The notes beneath the pieces are model-generated. The model was not told where the DNA came from. It searched no databases and saw only the letters and a program-made list of their open reading frames with translations. A stretch of DNA of 64,000 bases. Source: the human T2T-CHM13v2.0 reference genome, Homo sapiens. Where the stretch lies: assembly GCF_009914755.1 (NCBI RefSeq), contig NC_060938.1; one strand, given 5' to 3'. Shown in pieces: positions 1 through 15,097 of this stretch (positions within the stretch are counted from its first letter, which is position 1; each line of letters opens with the position of its first letter). The position numbers were made by a program, and so were the translations under genes.

Positions 1-122
1 GGGCTATGGGTTGGGGGGGTCACTGAACAGCTCCGGGTGTCCCTCTTCCCCGCAGTTTGTCTTTTTCCTTCCTCCCTTTCTTTATTTTCTAATTCTTAAA
101 CCTTCTTAAAACTGTAGAGTTA

Positions 123-332
<210 letters not shown>

Positions 333-519
333 CTAGACTGGACCTTCCACCCACACACCCACCCTCATTTCTGCTTAAGGTTTTCTTGGTCTCTTCCTTT
401 GCTCAGAAAAAGCCTTCCTCAGCGGTGGGGTGGAGGGGAGGGCATGTTTATGAGAAAAACAGCGTAATCCACACCAAGGGAAGAGGCAACAGAGAAACCC
501 AAGCTGTGGGGAAAAGCTC

Positions 520-1300
520 CCTGCTCTATCTGCCGGGGCGGTGGCCAGCTGCCTGTGTAGCAGACCATCTCATCCACCGGGCGGTGGCAATCAGCGGGGA
601 TTTAGCTGAGGCCATCCGGGCAGGAAAGCAAAAACCAACCCCACCAACAGAAAACAATGCATCCCAAAGCCAGGCCTGCGTCACCGAGGTGTCACCACCC
701 CATAAAGGAGGCCAGTGAGACGCCTGGGAGCCCGCGAGTCCCGTCGGTCGGGGCGCGAGGTGGAGCTGTAAAGCCCTCTGGGCGCGCTCCGTGTCCTCCC
801 GCGTCCCGCCCGTAAATGGTCCCGCCACTTGGCAGTCTGCTCTCGCCGTTTTTATTTGGGGTCGTCCCCAAAGGCCACGTGGTGGGGAAACAGGGCCGGG
901 GACACAATGGTGGCACAGTGACCAGCCGTCCGGGCCCTGGCTAATCACTAGAAACACCTGGAGGAACTCGTTGAAGGAAACAAGTAAGAAAATCCCTCCG
1001 ATTAGTATTGCAGGCTTCTGGTGGTCCTGGCTAATCTCTTTCAGGTGGAGGGCCCGGTGGGGGGGCCGGGCTGCCTCCCCAGTCCCGGAGCCCGGGGCCT
1101 GGGGCCGGTGGCTGGAGCGTGTCAAGTCATGAGGTTTGTAAGGCTGGTCAGAAGGTCTGTGGCGGCAGGTGCCCTGCGAATGCCAGGCGCCATGGAGAAA
1201 GCCGAGGTGTGTGCGGGAACCCCATAAAAGAGATCAAGCTATTTAACAGCCACCCCCGATTTCCACAGGGAGTTACCCCCACCCCACCCCCATCCGCTCT
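520..1300. promoter_or_regulatory. CpG-rich patch (CpG-island-like, promoter or enhancer candidate)
   Basis: High GC with many undecayed CpGs (e.g. cccgcgagtcccgtcggtcggggcgcg, ggcgcgctccgtgtcctcccgcgtcccgcccg) against a CpG-depleted background; no repeat signature. Confidence 0.6.
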
Positions 1301-1573
1301 CAAAGCAGGTCAGGAGGGAGAACAGCAGAATGTCAAAGCTGAGATGAATAAATCTCTCGGTGCTCAACTTCTCAAATAACATAAGCAAACACTGATCAGT
1401 TTTGCCCATTTCAAGAGTACTGCATGTTTATGGTGGAAAATTAAGATAATACGTAGATAAGGAAAAAAGTAAAAAGCACATAGTCCCACCACCCGGAAAT
1501 AATCATGTTTAACATTTGAGGCTTCTCTTTTATTGCCGTATACATATAGTGGAAGTTTATAAATGTTATGTAA

Positions 1574-1943
<370 letters not shown>

Positions 1944-2422
1944 TAGCTTCATCTCACATGTCATTGAGAAAAGTCCATTTATCCAAGCCTCCATGGTACA
2001 AGAAAGTTTGTTTGGGCCCTCAGTGGGAAAATGACTCGCTGAGGGTCATGCAACCATTTGTCACAGAGCTGCGATTTCTAGGTGTGCTGCAGACCAACAG
2101 TCTGACCTCAGACCTCCTTTGGACACAACCATCTCATCAGTAGGGCAGTCGCCTTTCACATCTGGAGGGAAGGCCCCATCAGGGAGGGCGTTCGAAGGTG
2201 CTGGCAAGGATTTCTGCCAGCAGGCACTACTCCCATGGGCCTGAAGTTCATCATTAGAGAGAATTTGCACTTAAGGCACTGTTCCCCTACATCTTTGGAA
2301 ACTTCCATGGATTATATGCAGCCACTTACAGATTCTCTAGCACCTTAGGGTGAGCTACAACCCAAATAATCTAGCTGCTGTTTGTTCAGCACTGGGGAGA
2401 TGCTGCTGAAAAAGACAGAGCT

Positions 2423-2724
2423 GGCTGGGCGCGGTGGCTCACACCTGTAATCCCAGCAGTTTGGGAGGCCCAGGCGGGCGGATCAAGAGGTCAAGAGTTC
2501 AAGACCATCCTGGCCAACATGGTCAAACCCTGTCTCTACTAAAAATGCAAAAAAACTAGCTGGGCGTGGTGACGTGTGCCTGTAATCTCAGCTACTCGGG
2601 AGGCTGAGGCAGGAGAATCCCTTGAACCCGGGAGTCAGAGGTTGCAGTGAGCCGAGATATGTCACTGCACTCCAACCTGGCAGCAGACCGAGATTCCATC
2701 TCAAAAGAAAAGAAAAGAAAAGAA
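2423..2724 (+). mobile_element. Full-length AluS (AluSc-like) with approximate TSD gacagagc
   Basis: ggctgggcgcggtggctcac...ggatcaagaggtcaagag...gaccatcctggccaacatgg; A-rich tail; gacagagc on both flanks. Confidence 0.95.
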
Positions 2725-2789
2725 ATGACAGAGCCAGGGCCTGCCTTCAGGAAGTCGTCATTCTCATGGCCACACGACTTCTCAGACAG

Positions 2790-2950
2790 CCTCACGGCTC
2801 AGGCTTCTGCAACTGAGGCTTTGCAGTCCTGTGTGAACTTGCGTACATCACTGCCTCACTCTGTCTCAGCATCTTCTTCAAGGGAATTGGTGATGACACC
2901 CACGTTTCAGGGTCATTATGAAGATAGGTGAAATGTGGACTGCAGAGTGT
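2790..2950 (+). mobile_element. MIR fragment
   Basis: Degenerate MIR core ctgtgtgaacttg...cactctgtctcag...gggtcattatgaagataggtgaaa. Confidence 0.6.
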
Positions 2951-3269
2951 CCCTACTGATGAGGAGGAGCAGGGCACCCGGAGTGGGCAGGTGCAGGAGG
3001 AAGAGGGAAATGCTCTCCACTTTCCCTGGCTCTGGTTTTATTATACAATCCGGCATCTTGGAGTTCAAGGGACTTTGGAAATGACTCCTTCCCCAGTTTT
3101 CTAACTGAGGCCCAGGTTGCTAAGCAGAGATGCAGATCTATATCCTCAGAGTAAGAAATCCTGGCTCTAGCAGGAGGCATCAGGGGCTGCCTGCCTGTAG
3201 CAAAGGTTCTGCAGCATCCCTCTCCCAAATCCCCAGTCTGGCACCATCATCACCACCATCACCCTACGT

Positions 3270-3660
3270 TGCACTCATGCATACATATGCCCCCACACAC
3301 ATTCACAGGTGCACACTCTCCTACTCACATGCGCACACTAACACAAAATTACCCATGCACACGCACACACACTGACTTCAACAATACTACCTGCATGCAC
3401 ACACATGCTCACGTGAGCACACACCTCCCCCCTCCACACACACCCATGTGCATGTACTCTCACACACACACAGACCTGTGGGCGCACACCTACCTACACA
3501 CACCCACACGCCTACCCACATGCAGCCACACTCATGCATGCACACACACCTGCCTGTGCACACTCATACATTCTAAGATACACCTACCTGTAAGCCGACT
3601 TGCACATGCACATACATACACACTCAGCCATGTGTGAACACACACAAATGCAAACCTGTA
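3270..3660. repeat. Degenerate (CA)-rich low-complexity tract
   Basis: Interrupted cacacac/catgcacac runs; source of His/Thr-rich spurious ORFs. Confidence 0.85.
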
Positions 3661-3719
3661 TAAAAAGGACACAGGTACTTTGTACACTGAATTTATTGTG
3701 AGAATTAAAATGCAATGGT

Positions 3720-3912
3720 TAGATGCCCAGGAGTCCTTGCTCTGTCACTTACTAGCTGGGTAGTCTTGGGCAGGTCACTTCCACTCTCTCTGCCTCCGTT
3801 TCTGCATCTGTGAAATGGAACTATTAGTAGCACCTCCCTCAGAGATTGTTGTTGAAGATCGCTTGGCACAGGGCATGGTACACAGCGAGTGCCCAGTAAA
3901 TGTCAGCTATTA
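3720..3912 (+). mobile_element. MIR
   Basis: gctctgtcacttactagctgggtagtcttgggcaggtcactt...catctgtgaaatgg...cagtaaatgtcagctatta. Confidence 0.85.
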
Positions 3913-4889
3913 GTAGTGCCCTGTGTCAGCCAAAACTTTTTGGTCTCTGGAAGCTTTCTTTTCAAATTTGCAATGACTACGTTTCCTCAAAAATCTGTAT
4001 GGTGTGTGTTTCATGTTTATAGAGGCAAAATACAGCATTGACCTTGCACCTACTGGGGGAACAGAAAACTCAGGTGGCTGCTCTGACAAAGTTCCTCCGA
4101 CTTCCAAGTTGTAGGGGAGGGGTGATCCAGCGCGCTTTCCCCATCCTCCACGTCACTCCCCGCTCCACACAGCGCTCTTGCTTGGTGATCTCACCCTTTG
4201 TCGACCCAAGAACAGTCATCGCATTGTTTCATCCTCAGCCTAACTCGACTCCCCTTACATTTTTACCGCTAAATTGAATCTACTGCCAGTAATCTAATTT
4301 ACATTTGAAGGCACACACAATGCCAACACAACCAAATGCCAATAAAATTTCTAGTAAAACCCATAAATGGCTTGGTGCTTGTGTTTATGGAAATCTTAGC
4401 CTGCTCCTGCCTTAAGAACCCCGCAGCCCAGAGTCCCAAATCACTCCCATATGACTGCGAGACACTCTGGATGCCCCTGGCAACGGGGGATGAGGCCTTT
4501 CTCCAGGACCTCAGAGGTGCTGCCCCGGCCAATGGAAGCGGGTGGGAGAGGGCAGGACCGGGGGTGGGGTGGCTTCGAGTCAGGTGCACACACCTGCTGA
4601 AGTCAGGACAGCACCCCCTGCCTCTCCCCATTTTGCCCCATCTGCCTCCCTTTGGCCGTGCACTCCAGGCCACATGCAGAAGTGACCACCTCACTCGGGT
4701 TTCTGGAATGACAAATGAGAGAAAATTACTCTACTTAATAATTCGCTCTCCCCTGCTGAGTCACCCTGTCCCATCTGTTGGGCACATTACAAGCATCCCA
4801 TAGACTCATCAAAGCGTAGATTCTCAACTTTGAAAGAAACTCCAGGAGAACCCAGTCTTTCTTTCAATAATGGTTTGAATCATGATAAA

Positions 4890-5110
4890 AATCAAAGCAA
4901 GTACCTACTGAGGATTGAGACTGCGTCAGGCACTGCTCTAAGCACTTCACATATATTAACTCAGTGAATCCTCACAGCAGCGCTCTGTGGCAGGGCTTTT
5001 GTTATTTTCATGTAACTGATGATGACACAGAGGCACTGTCACTAGCAGCAAAGATGGGGTTTGCACTTTAGTCATTTGACTCCAAAATCCACACGCTTGG
5101 CTACCATGAA
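4890..5110 (-). mobile_element. MIR
   Basis: caggcactgctctaagcacttcacatatattaactcagtgaatcctcacagc... Confidence 0.75.
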
Positions 5111-5249
5111 ATTCTGCCTCTCATCTCCATGGAAGAAGCACCTACTATTTGCTAGATTAGGGACCAAGTCCTTTGCATATCTTGGCCCTGAGCTCTGCAA
5201 CAGGTCCGCAGTACAGTACTGCGGGTCCCAGAGAAGGGAATCACGCTGA

Positions 5250-5415
5250 GGACAAGATGAGCTACATAATTTTTAGGGTCCAAGGAGAGTAAAAATTCAA
5301 GGCCCCTTGTTAAAAATTTATTAAGAATTTCAACACAGCAGCAGCAGGTCAGAAAGCCAAGTATGGGTGCTGTGCACTGCCCACAGACATCCACCTTGTG
5401 GACTTGCTGGCCCAG
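5250..5415 (-). mobile_element. MER45A-like hAT-Tip100 DNA transposon fossil
   Basis: gctacataattttt...aaggccccttgttaaaaatttattaagaatttcaa matches my recollection of the MER45A reverse complement. Confidence 0.75.
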
Positions 5416-5761
5416 CTTTTGATTGTTTCAGGACCTGAGGTTCAGAGGGCGGAGTTAACCACACTCCTCAGTTCATGGCCATGGGTCCCCATTGGCCATG
5501 CTAGGTTCCTGTCTGGATTGATGAATTGATCAATGTAATCCCTTTTTACCGCATTTCCCACCTCTACCCTTCCCATTTTGTTAAAGCATGTTTTATTCGT
5601 TTTATATGCATGTAATATTACTGCACATAAATACAATCATGCTATAGATACAGTGCTGGTTCTTGTTTTTCATTCTCTATGTGTTCATGCTCTATGCTCC
5701 ATGGAGCTATGTGTCTACCTCTGATGCTCATGGTATTCCATAGTGTGTGCCTCTAGAGTGC

Positions 5762-6054
5762 TTTTTTTTTTTTTGAGGCGGAGTCTTACCCTATCATCCA
5801 GCCTGGAGTACAGTGGTGCAATCTCGGCTCACTGCAACCTCTGCCTGCCAGGTTCAAGAGATTCTCCTGCCTCAGCCTCCTGAGTAGCTGGGACTACAGG
5901 CACACACCACCACACCCAGCGAATTTTTGCATTTTTAGTAGAGACAGGGTTTCACCATGTTGGCCAGGATGGTCTTGATCTCTTGACCTCATGATCTGCT
6001 CACCTCAGCCTCCCATAGTGCTGGGATTACAGGTATGAGCCACAGTGCCCAGCC
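5762..6054 (-). mobile_element. Full-length AluS (AluSc-like)
   Basis: Antisense Alu with ccaggatggtcttgatctcttgacctc. Confidence 0.95.
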
Positions 6055-6560
6055 ACTTTCTTAATCCATTCCCCAGTGATGCACATATAAGTTGCCTCCA
6101 GTGCCCTTAGACCTAATCAACGATGTGATGAACATCCTCTTAAATATCCCCTTCTGGATGTGTGTTTGGATTTCTCTGGATCAACACTGGGGAGTGGGAT
6201 TGCTGGCTCATAGGAGATAGATAGAATTAATTTGATTGAGTCCTGCCAGGTGACCTTCCAGGATGATACTCCAAGGCCAAGCATGAAGGCTCCTACCTCC
6301 CCCCACCATGTCAGCACTGTGCTCTTTTCTGACTTCTTGTTCTTCCTAATCTGGTGAACGTAAAGTGATATCACATTGCATATCAATTTCCAATCATCGA
6401 GTTACTAATGAGAACATCCTTCTCATGCCTGTCGTCTTTGGGGCTTCTCTGGTTGTGTTAACTGGTTCATGTTCTTGCCTACTTTTCTATTGGGATTCTC
6501 ACAGATTTACAATGTGGCAGATTTACAATGGTTAATTATATATTCCAGGATATCCATTCA

Positions 6561-6863
6561 TTTTTATTTATTTTATTTTTTTGAGACAGAGTCTCACTCT
6601 GTCGACCATACTGGAGTGCAGTGGCACAATATCGGCTCATCGCAACCTCCCCCTCCCGGGTTCAAGTGATTCTCGTGCCGCAGCTGCCCAAGTAGTGGGA
6701 TTACAGGTGTAAGCCACCATGCCCAGCTAATTTTTGTATTTTTGGTAGAGAAGGGTTTTTATCACGTTGGCCAGGCTGGTCTCGAACTCCTGGCCTCACG
6801 TGATCCACCCACCTCAGCCTCCCAAAGTGCTGGGATTACATGTGTGATATGCTGCACCCGGCC
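6561..6863 (-). mobile_element. Full-length AluS
   Basis: (TTTA)n tail, both arms recognisable. Confidence 0.95.
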
Positions 6864-7674
6864 TCAGTCCATTTTTAATATTAGACACGACATACATTTT
6901 CTCCCTTTGTGTCATTTATCTATTAACTTTGTTTACGTTACCCTTCATTGAACAAAACTCCTTAATTTTGATGTACTCAAACTGATCAGTTGTTTTTCCA
7001 TGTGGTTTGTATTATAGGGGTATACTTTGGAAATTCCTTCTTTGTTCTAGGTCACCAAAATATTCTCCCATAATTTCCTTTATTGTACTTACGATTTGTC
7101 TTTCACACTTAGACTTTTTTCATTTATGGTTCAACTTTGTTTACATTAGTTGGGGATCGAATTCTATTTTTCTCTATGTAGCAAAGCAGTGTTTCAGACG
7201 CTGTCTCCTAAACAGTTCTTCCCTTCCGTTGAAATGTTGTGTCCTCTTTAGTGGATATGAGGGTCCTATCTACACATGCCTCTGTCTCTGAATTCCCCCT
7301 TTGCTTCCTTGTTCTGTCACCCAACACCTGTTTCATTTGTGATACGACTTGGTCGGACATAAACCTCAGACCATGTGAGATGCTCCTCTCCGCTCTTCCT
7401 TTACTCCACTGATTCTGCTACTCACAAACCTTTGTTTTCCAAAACATATTTTACAATAAGTTCGTTGAGTTCTTCAAAATACTCAGCTGGAATTTAGATT
7501 GGGATTGAGTTGGATGTTTGCATTAATTTGGAGCAAGTTGACGTATTTTTTAAAGTGTTTTAAGAATAAAACTTTTTTTTTTAAGAAACGGTGCGCTTTA
7601 TTTTTAGTTTACTTCCTCAACACTTTAAGGCTTTATTGCTCTTAAGAGTAATTAAATTGTATTTTCTGATGTGT

Positions 7675-8019
<345 letters not shown>

Positions 8020-8485
8020 TAACAATACAGTCCTTCCTCCAACCCCACCCCTCATCTTGCTTTAAACTGATCCCCTTCTGTTCTGCTGAGGCATTTCTGT
8101 AGGAGCTCTTCTAATGGACATTTGACCTTTGTCCTCCTGTGCCCCTGACCTCACTATCTCAGGAGATAGCTTCATCTACTCTTGGATAACTTTACTGCTA
8201 GAAAGCAATTCTTTAGATCGACTCTAAAATGACTCTCGGTAGCATTTCTAGCAACTTTTGGCTACCCAGAGAATGTTGCACCCAGTTCAACCATCCCAGG
8301 ACTGGTCTTTGACCATTTTAAAGACATTACTTTTGGGATTTCTTCTTCTTTTTTTTTTTTTTTACATTTGAGTTTTCTCTTCTTGAAGTTACTCATTCTC
8401 AGATATTCCTCCAGCTGCCTTCATGTGATTCCATCTCAAGTCCCTGGCTCCCTCTTCTCTGCACCTTTCCAGGCTGCCAGTGCTT

Positions 8486-8800
<315 letters not shown>

Positions 8801-9084
8801 TAAATATCAGAGCTCAGACTTGAAGACAATTCTCCAAGAATAATAAAAACAAGGTTGAGTGGGAGAAAATAACCTCCTTCATTTAAAATATTATACATCC
8901 ATTTATGCAACCTGAGCAGGCATTAGCTCCCTTAGCCAATACCTTAAAACAGGAATCACCTTGAATTAACTGTTGGCCAAAACCATTTTTCTGCACGCAA
9001 ATTCTAACTTCTTATCTTGTCTTTGAGTGGTTGAGACAACTGGCTTCTTCCTTTCAGCTGGGAGACTTTCTCTCCAACTGTTCA

Positions 9085-9300
9085 CTTCCCTTCATTCATA
9101 AACTCAATAAATATTTATTAAGTAATTACTGTGTAGCAGACCTTAGAGTTACAGGAGAGGACATACCCCATTGCAGCCCGTTCTCCGTGGCAAGGATTCA
9201 TGAATTTTGCTTCCAGAAAATTAAACGAACGTGAATCCATTTATTAATTCATCCATTTTACAAGCATATATTGAACCTCTACTGTGGGCAGATACTTCCT
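9085..9300 (-). mobile_element. L2 3'-end fragments
   Basis: ttcattcataaactcaataaatatttattaag...tactgtgt; second copy attcatccatt...tattgaacctctactgtg. Confidence 0.55.
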
Positions 9301-10189
9301 CCACTCCCTTTTGTCCACTCCCGTGGGTGAGGAGCAGTAGAGGAGAGGGAGGGGGAGCAGAGCCTGGGCTTTTGGTGAAAGTCACATTCACTGACCAGAA
9401 CCCAGAGCCCGCTCCCAAGCCTGAGAGTCTCCCAGCAAGATGCCTTCCTCTCTGGCCCCAAGAGTGTGACACCCAGACCCTTGCTGGCCCTTCCACCACT
9501 TCAAGGGGCACTGCTGAACCCTGGGAGAGCAGGGAAAGCCTTATCAGTGTCTCTGGGAGAAAAGTTGTGCTCAAATCTGAGACTTTCCCTTCCAGCATCT
9601 CTGCCACTTGGCACAGGAGGTTGGAGCTGCCGGGGCCAATGTCCCATAGGACACACGTGGAAAGTGAGGTGTGTAAACACCACGCAGTGAGGCTGGGGCA
9701 GGGGGCCTCAGCTCACTTTACCCCCCAAGTCAAAGCTTCCTGCATGGAGGTTGTGGAAGGGCCAGGGGTGGGACAGGGATGTGGGCCTCCTTCTTGGGCT
9801 GGACATGGACAGCAGCCCTGAAGAGCCAGAGTGGTCCAGGGAAGTGAGGGGTTCCCACAGGGGGTGGTGAGCTCTGAGCATGGGAGAGGATCTCAAAGAA
9901 GTGGGAGAGGCCAGTAACAGGAAGCTACTGCACCAGGACAGTGACCAGAATCTTCAGGCGTGGGCTCTGGGACACACTGGGGAGGACTGAGCAGGTGGCC
10001 AGGCAGATCAGAGAGTAACGTGTTGGAAGAGACACAGTCGCCTCTTGTCTAGGAAAAGTTCTGCTTGGACCCACTCTCTCCTGCTCCCCTCTGCAGCCCC
10101 TCTGTGGTCCAGGCCACCTGTGGTCAGCTCTCCACGCATCGTTCTTCTCGGCAGCCTAGCACCTTGCTGCGAAAGGGCAGGACACAGGT

Positions 10190-10625
<436 letters not shown>

Positions 10626-10719
10626 ACCGGAATGTCAGTTCTGTGAGGGTCGGGAGCGGGTCTGTCTCATTCACATCATGTGTGTTAAGGTTGTAGAAGT
10701 ACTGGGCTAACAGCAACTG

Positions 10720-10890
10720 TACCTGCGTGACTTGGGCATGGCATTCAAACTGTTTGTGCCTCCATGACCTCATCTATAAAATGAGAGTGATGACAATAGT
10801 TCATGCCTCAGTGGAGTTGTTGGGGTGATTAAATGAGTTGATATATAAGAAGAGTTTGCTCATGGTAATCATTATATAAGTGCTATTATC
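10720..10890 (+). mobile_element. MIR
   Basis: gtgacttgggca...cctcatctataaaatgag...gttgttggggtgattaaatgag. Confidence 0.8.
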
Positions 10891-11139
10891 AGTACCTCCA
10901 GCCCACCCTGCTGCATTTTCCTAAACCTTCCTGGCCACAGAGCTAATAGACTCATGGTTTGGCTTTGATTAGGTGCCTATTTGGTTTTGGCATCCATTGT
11001 TTCTTTTTGTTTGTTATCCATATATTACAATGATATAACATACAACTAAGGAAATTGTGGGGCTGAGTGCAGAGGGCGGTACATTGCCCACCCCTTTACC
11101 AACCAGCTCTTCTCTTCCTTATGTGCTCATACTCTTTAT

Positions 11140-11320
11140 TAGTTAATGCATTTGTCAAATATTTATTGAGCAGCTATTGCATGCCGGGCATCATTACAAG
11201 TGCCTGACTTACAGCAATGAACAAAGCAGAATCCCTACTCCTCACCCTTATGAACTTTCGAGTCTTAACAAAAGGAGACAGAAACAAAGGTATAACAGAT
11301 AGACAGACAAGATAATTTAA
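11140..11320 (-). mobile_element. L2 fragment
   Basis: caaatatttattgagcagctattgcatgccgggca...cagcaatgaacaaagcag. Confidence 0.65.
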
Positions 11321-11739
11321 TGTAGACTCAGGGTGATATGCTGCTATTTTTCACTCATATATCAGATGTGTTTTGCATGTTGTCACAAAGCCTTCACCTT
11401 ACCGCCCTTTTAATGTCTTCAGAATACTTGATAAACAAACACGATAGGATTTATGAAGCCCAGTGAGTGTCAGGGCTAGTGATAGATTTCAGGCTATCCA
11501 TGTGACGTCACTTGAACACAGAGGTCTCTGGGGCTGGACATCTTAGAGAGTGTGTAGCTGCCCCTTGCCTTCTCAGCTTTCCATATCAGACAGTTCGGGT
11601 TGTTTTTCTTTATCCCTTCTCAGAGCACAGACGAGGTTATCTTTGTTCTCTCTCACACACACAGACACGCAAATGTCAGGAAAGAAAATTATGAATAACT
11701 GTGCTCCCAGAGCAGCAGCCAACCAGTCAGGGTTAGGGA

Positions 11740-12295
<556 letters not shown>

Positions 12296-12482
12296 CCCGT
12301 GCTAATATGCCTCCCTCAGAGATAACCGTGAGGGTTGAATGGGGGATGTCTGGGGAAGTGCTGGCATTGCTTTTACTTTGACGGACAAAGAGGAAAGTCA
12401 AACAGCCTTTCCCAAGGTGTTTTTTTTTTTTTTCTCTCTCGCTCTCTCTTAGGCTGCCAAGATCCCAAGCTCTCTAATCAGG

Positions 12483-13630
12483 CAGTGGTGTATAGGTTAA
12501 GGTTTATTATACATTTTACTGGTATGAAAGATGTGTAGCACACAATTTACAAACAATAAAACATACAGTACTCTATTGTAAATGCCATGCAGCCAGTTAA
12601 TTCTCATAGAATGCTTCCATTGATTTTTGTTGAACTCCCATATCTATGACCAGTCTATGGTTACAATTGAAGCATGAGTGTACTTCCGTCAGGAATGTTG
12701 GATGATGTTTTCATTTATGTTAACAAGGAAGACAAAAGTGAAACAATGAAGACTTCACTCGTTCATTAATTAATGATATGAACAACTTCTTTGCTGACTT
12801 AGATAATAGTTTTCAAAGGCTGGGAGATTTATTAGATTTGGGGGCTATTCACAATGTAACAGCTATAGCCATGACACATGTAAGTTTGTTCTACTTCAGG
12901 TTCTGACGTCTAGACGATCAACACAGCAATATAAATTAAGCCCTGATTTGTAGCATTTGCCAATTTTTATGGAGTAAATAGTCCCACTGTGGCTGATTTC
13001 AGGCTATCCACGTAGTATCACTTGAACACAGAGTTGGGAAGAGAGGCACTGTAGCACATCCTTACATATTTCCATCATATAGAGACAATAAGTCACTGTC
13101 TCTATAGCTTAGGTACTAGTAAAAGCTTAAGTACTAGTAAAATAATTAGAAAATGATGAGTTCTGAGTATTTATTACCTTTGGGGTTTCTTTTAAGTCAC
13201 TAAGCTATTTTTTAAGGAAAGTTTTAGGTTCACAGCAAAATTTCACAGAAAGTAGAGATTTCCCATATACCTGTCCTCCCCACACATGTATAGCCTCCCC
13301 AAGTTCCAGGCCAGAGTGGAACATTTGTTACCATTCCTGACCCTCCACTGATACATCATAATCACCCAAATTCCATTCTTTACCATACAGTTCACTCTTG
13401 GTGGTTTACATTCTATGGGTTTTGGCAAATGTTTGATAACGTGTATCCACCATTGTAGTATCACACAAGAGTTCCCCTGGTACCTTTGTTTCTACTATAA
13501 GTTGTTTAATTGTAAATTTACATGATTTAATTGTTAATGTTGACTTTGTTTAACAACTGGCTTACAAAGTTCCTGAAATTTTAACAGCTGGTTCTCAGGG
13601 GCCAGTGGCTGCCGGCTTCAGGACACCCCG
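12483..13630 (-). mobile_element. MER63 (long, MER63D-like) hAT-Blackjack DNA transposon
   Basis: Begins cagtggtgt; aagccctgatttgtagcatttgccaattt...gatttcaggcta...gagttgggaagag; end ttaacaactggc...ttcctgaaattttaaca. Confidence 0.75.
13190..13480 (-). mobile_element. L1MC-type 3' end inserted in MER63 (approximate TSD tacctttg)
   Basis: gttttaggttcacagcaaaatt...catcataatcacccaaa...gtatccaccattgtagtatca; tacctttg at 13175 and 13481. Confidence 0.8.
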
Positions 13631-14180
13631 CCACCGGGTCTCCTTGGAGAACCTGAGGTCCCCAGGCTCACCTGTAAGGCAGTTTCATCTCTTCCAGGCA
13701 AAGCTGGAGCTGCTCTAGGCAGCTCTAAACTCAGAAGACCCACCTTGTAACTGGGTGGGACTAGGTCTCACTCCTTCCATTTGCATCCTTCCCCATGGCA
13801 GGCAGGACTCTCTATTCTGCCTCTTTCCACCAGAGCTGCAAGCCATGAGGTGTCTGTTAAGAACGTCTAGCTTAGGTATGGGCACAAGACCTGGGACCCC
13901 ACATGGGCAGCTGCACACATGGTCTAGCGACAAGGGTGGCTTCTCCAGCCTTTTATTCCTGCAGGGTGTGGATGTTTGGGTAACTGCTATCATGCTTTTG
14001 GATGGGAGGCCCTGAGTAGTTTACAATAAAAATCGAAGACAATTTTCCCCTGAGGAGGAATCATTTTCACTGGAGAGCCGTGGCCTAAAGTTTCTCAGTC
14101 CATGGGCTTAACTAGCACAGCTATTATTTATTGCCCTCCAGAGAGATTTGCCCAAAGTGTGCTGCCTTAAAGAGACAGCC

Positions 14181-14521
<341 letters not shown>

Positions 14522-14779
14522 AAAGAGACAGCCACACTGAGCTTAACTTGGCTGGACCCATAAGAGAACCTCCTGAACACTCTGATGTCCCAGGCCCCCC
14601 GTGCTGGGGACTGGGGATTCAAAGACAGTAGATCTCATAGCCTTCGGGGATGGGCAATTCCAGAACAGGGAGATTTGTCCCACCACAGTGGGAAGCACAG
14701 AAAAGGCACCAACCCAGACCAATCCTGAAAGAAGGAAAACATCCTGGAGAGAGAAACCTGTTACTTATTTAACAAGCGA

Positions 14780-14965
14780 TCATGTAGCACTTGCAACATG
14801 TTATGTAATATTCTAAATACTTTACAAATATTGATACATCTAAACCTCATAAGTAGGTGCTATTAAACCTATTTTATAAATGAATAACTGAAGCCTCAGA
14901 AGGGTATGTAACAGGATTTGAATCCGGGCAGTCTGGATCCAGGGTCAGGGCTCCAAACTATGATG
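14780..14965 (-). mobile_element. MIR
   Basis: aagtaggtgctatt...cctattttataaatgaataactgaagcctcagaaggg...ggatttgaatccgggcagtctgg. Confidence 0.75.
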
Positions 14966-15097
14966 CTATCCTATCCATGAAGGCAGCTGAGAAGACGGAG
15001 CAGTCAGGGACTGACTTCTGGCTGGGACAGCAGGTGTGGGGAGATAGGAGGGAGTGATGAGAATTCGGACTGGAGTGATCAGTGGGGCCCAGATTTT

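Larger units (their letters stand above)
5560..7560 (-). mobile_element. Ancient L1M (L1ME-like) ORF2/3' fragments interrupted by two Alus
   Basis: gatgaacatcct...ggagtgggattgctggctcatagg; taattttgatgtactcaaa; ggaatttagattgggattgagttg are typical antisense L1 segments. Confidence 0.7.

Noticed and set aside
526-1227. Overlapping 68-199 aa ORFs in the CpG patch
   Set aside because: GC-rich stop-poor sequence, open on both strands, no recognisable domain
9221-9821. 196-aa and 128-aa ORFs
   Set aside because: The 196-aa ORF starts in an L2 remnant; no domain similarity; opposite-strand overlap suggests chance
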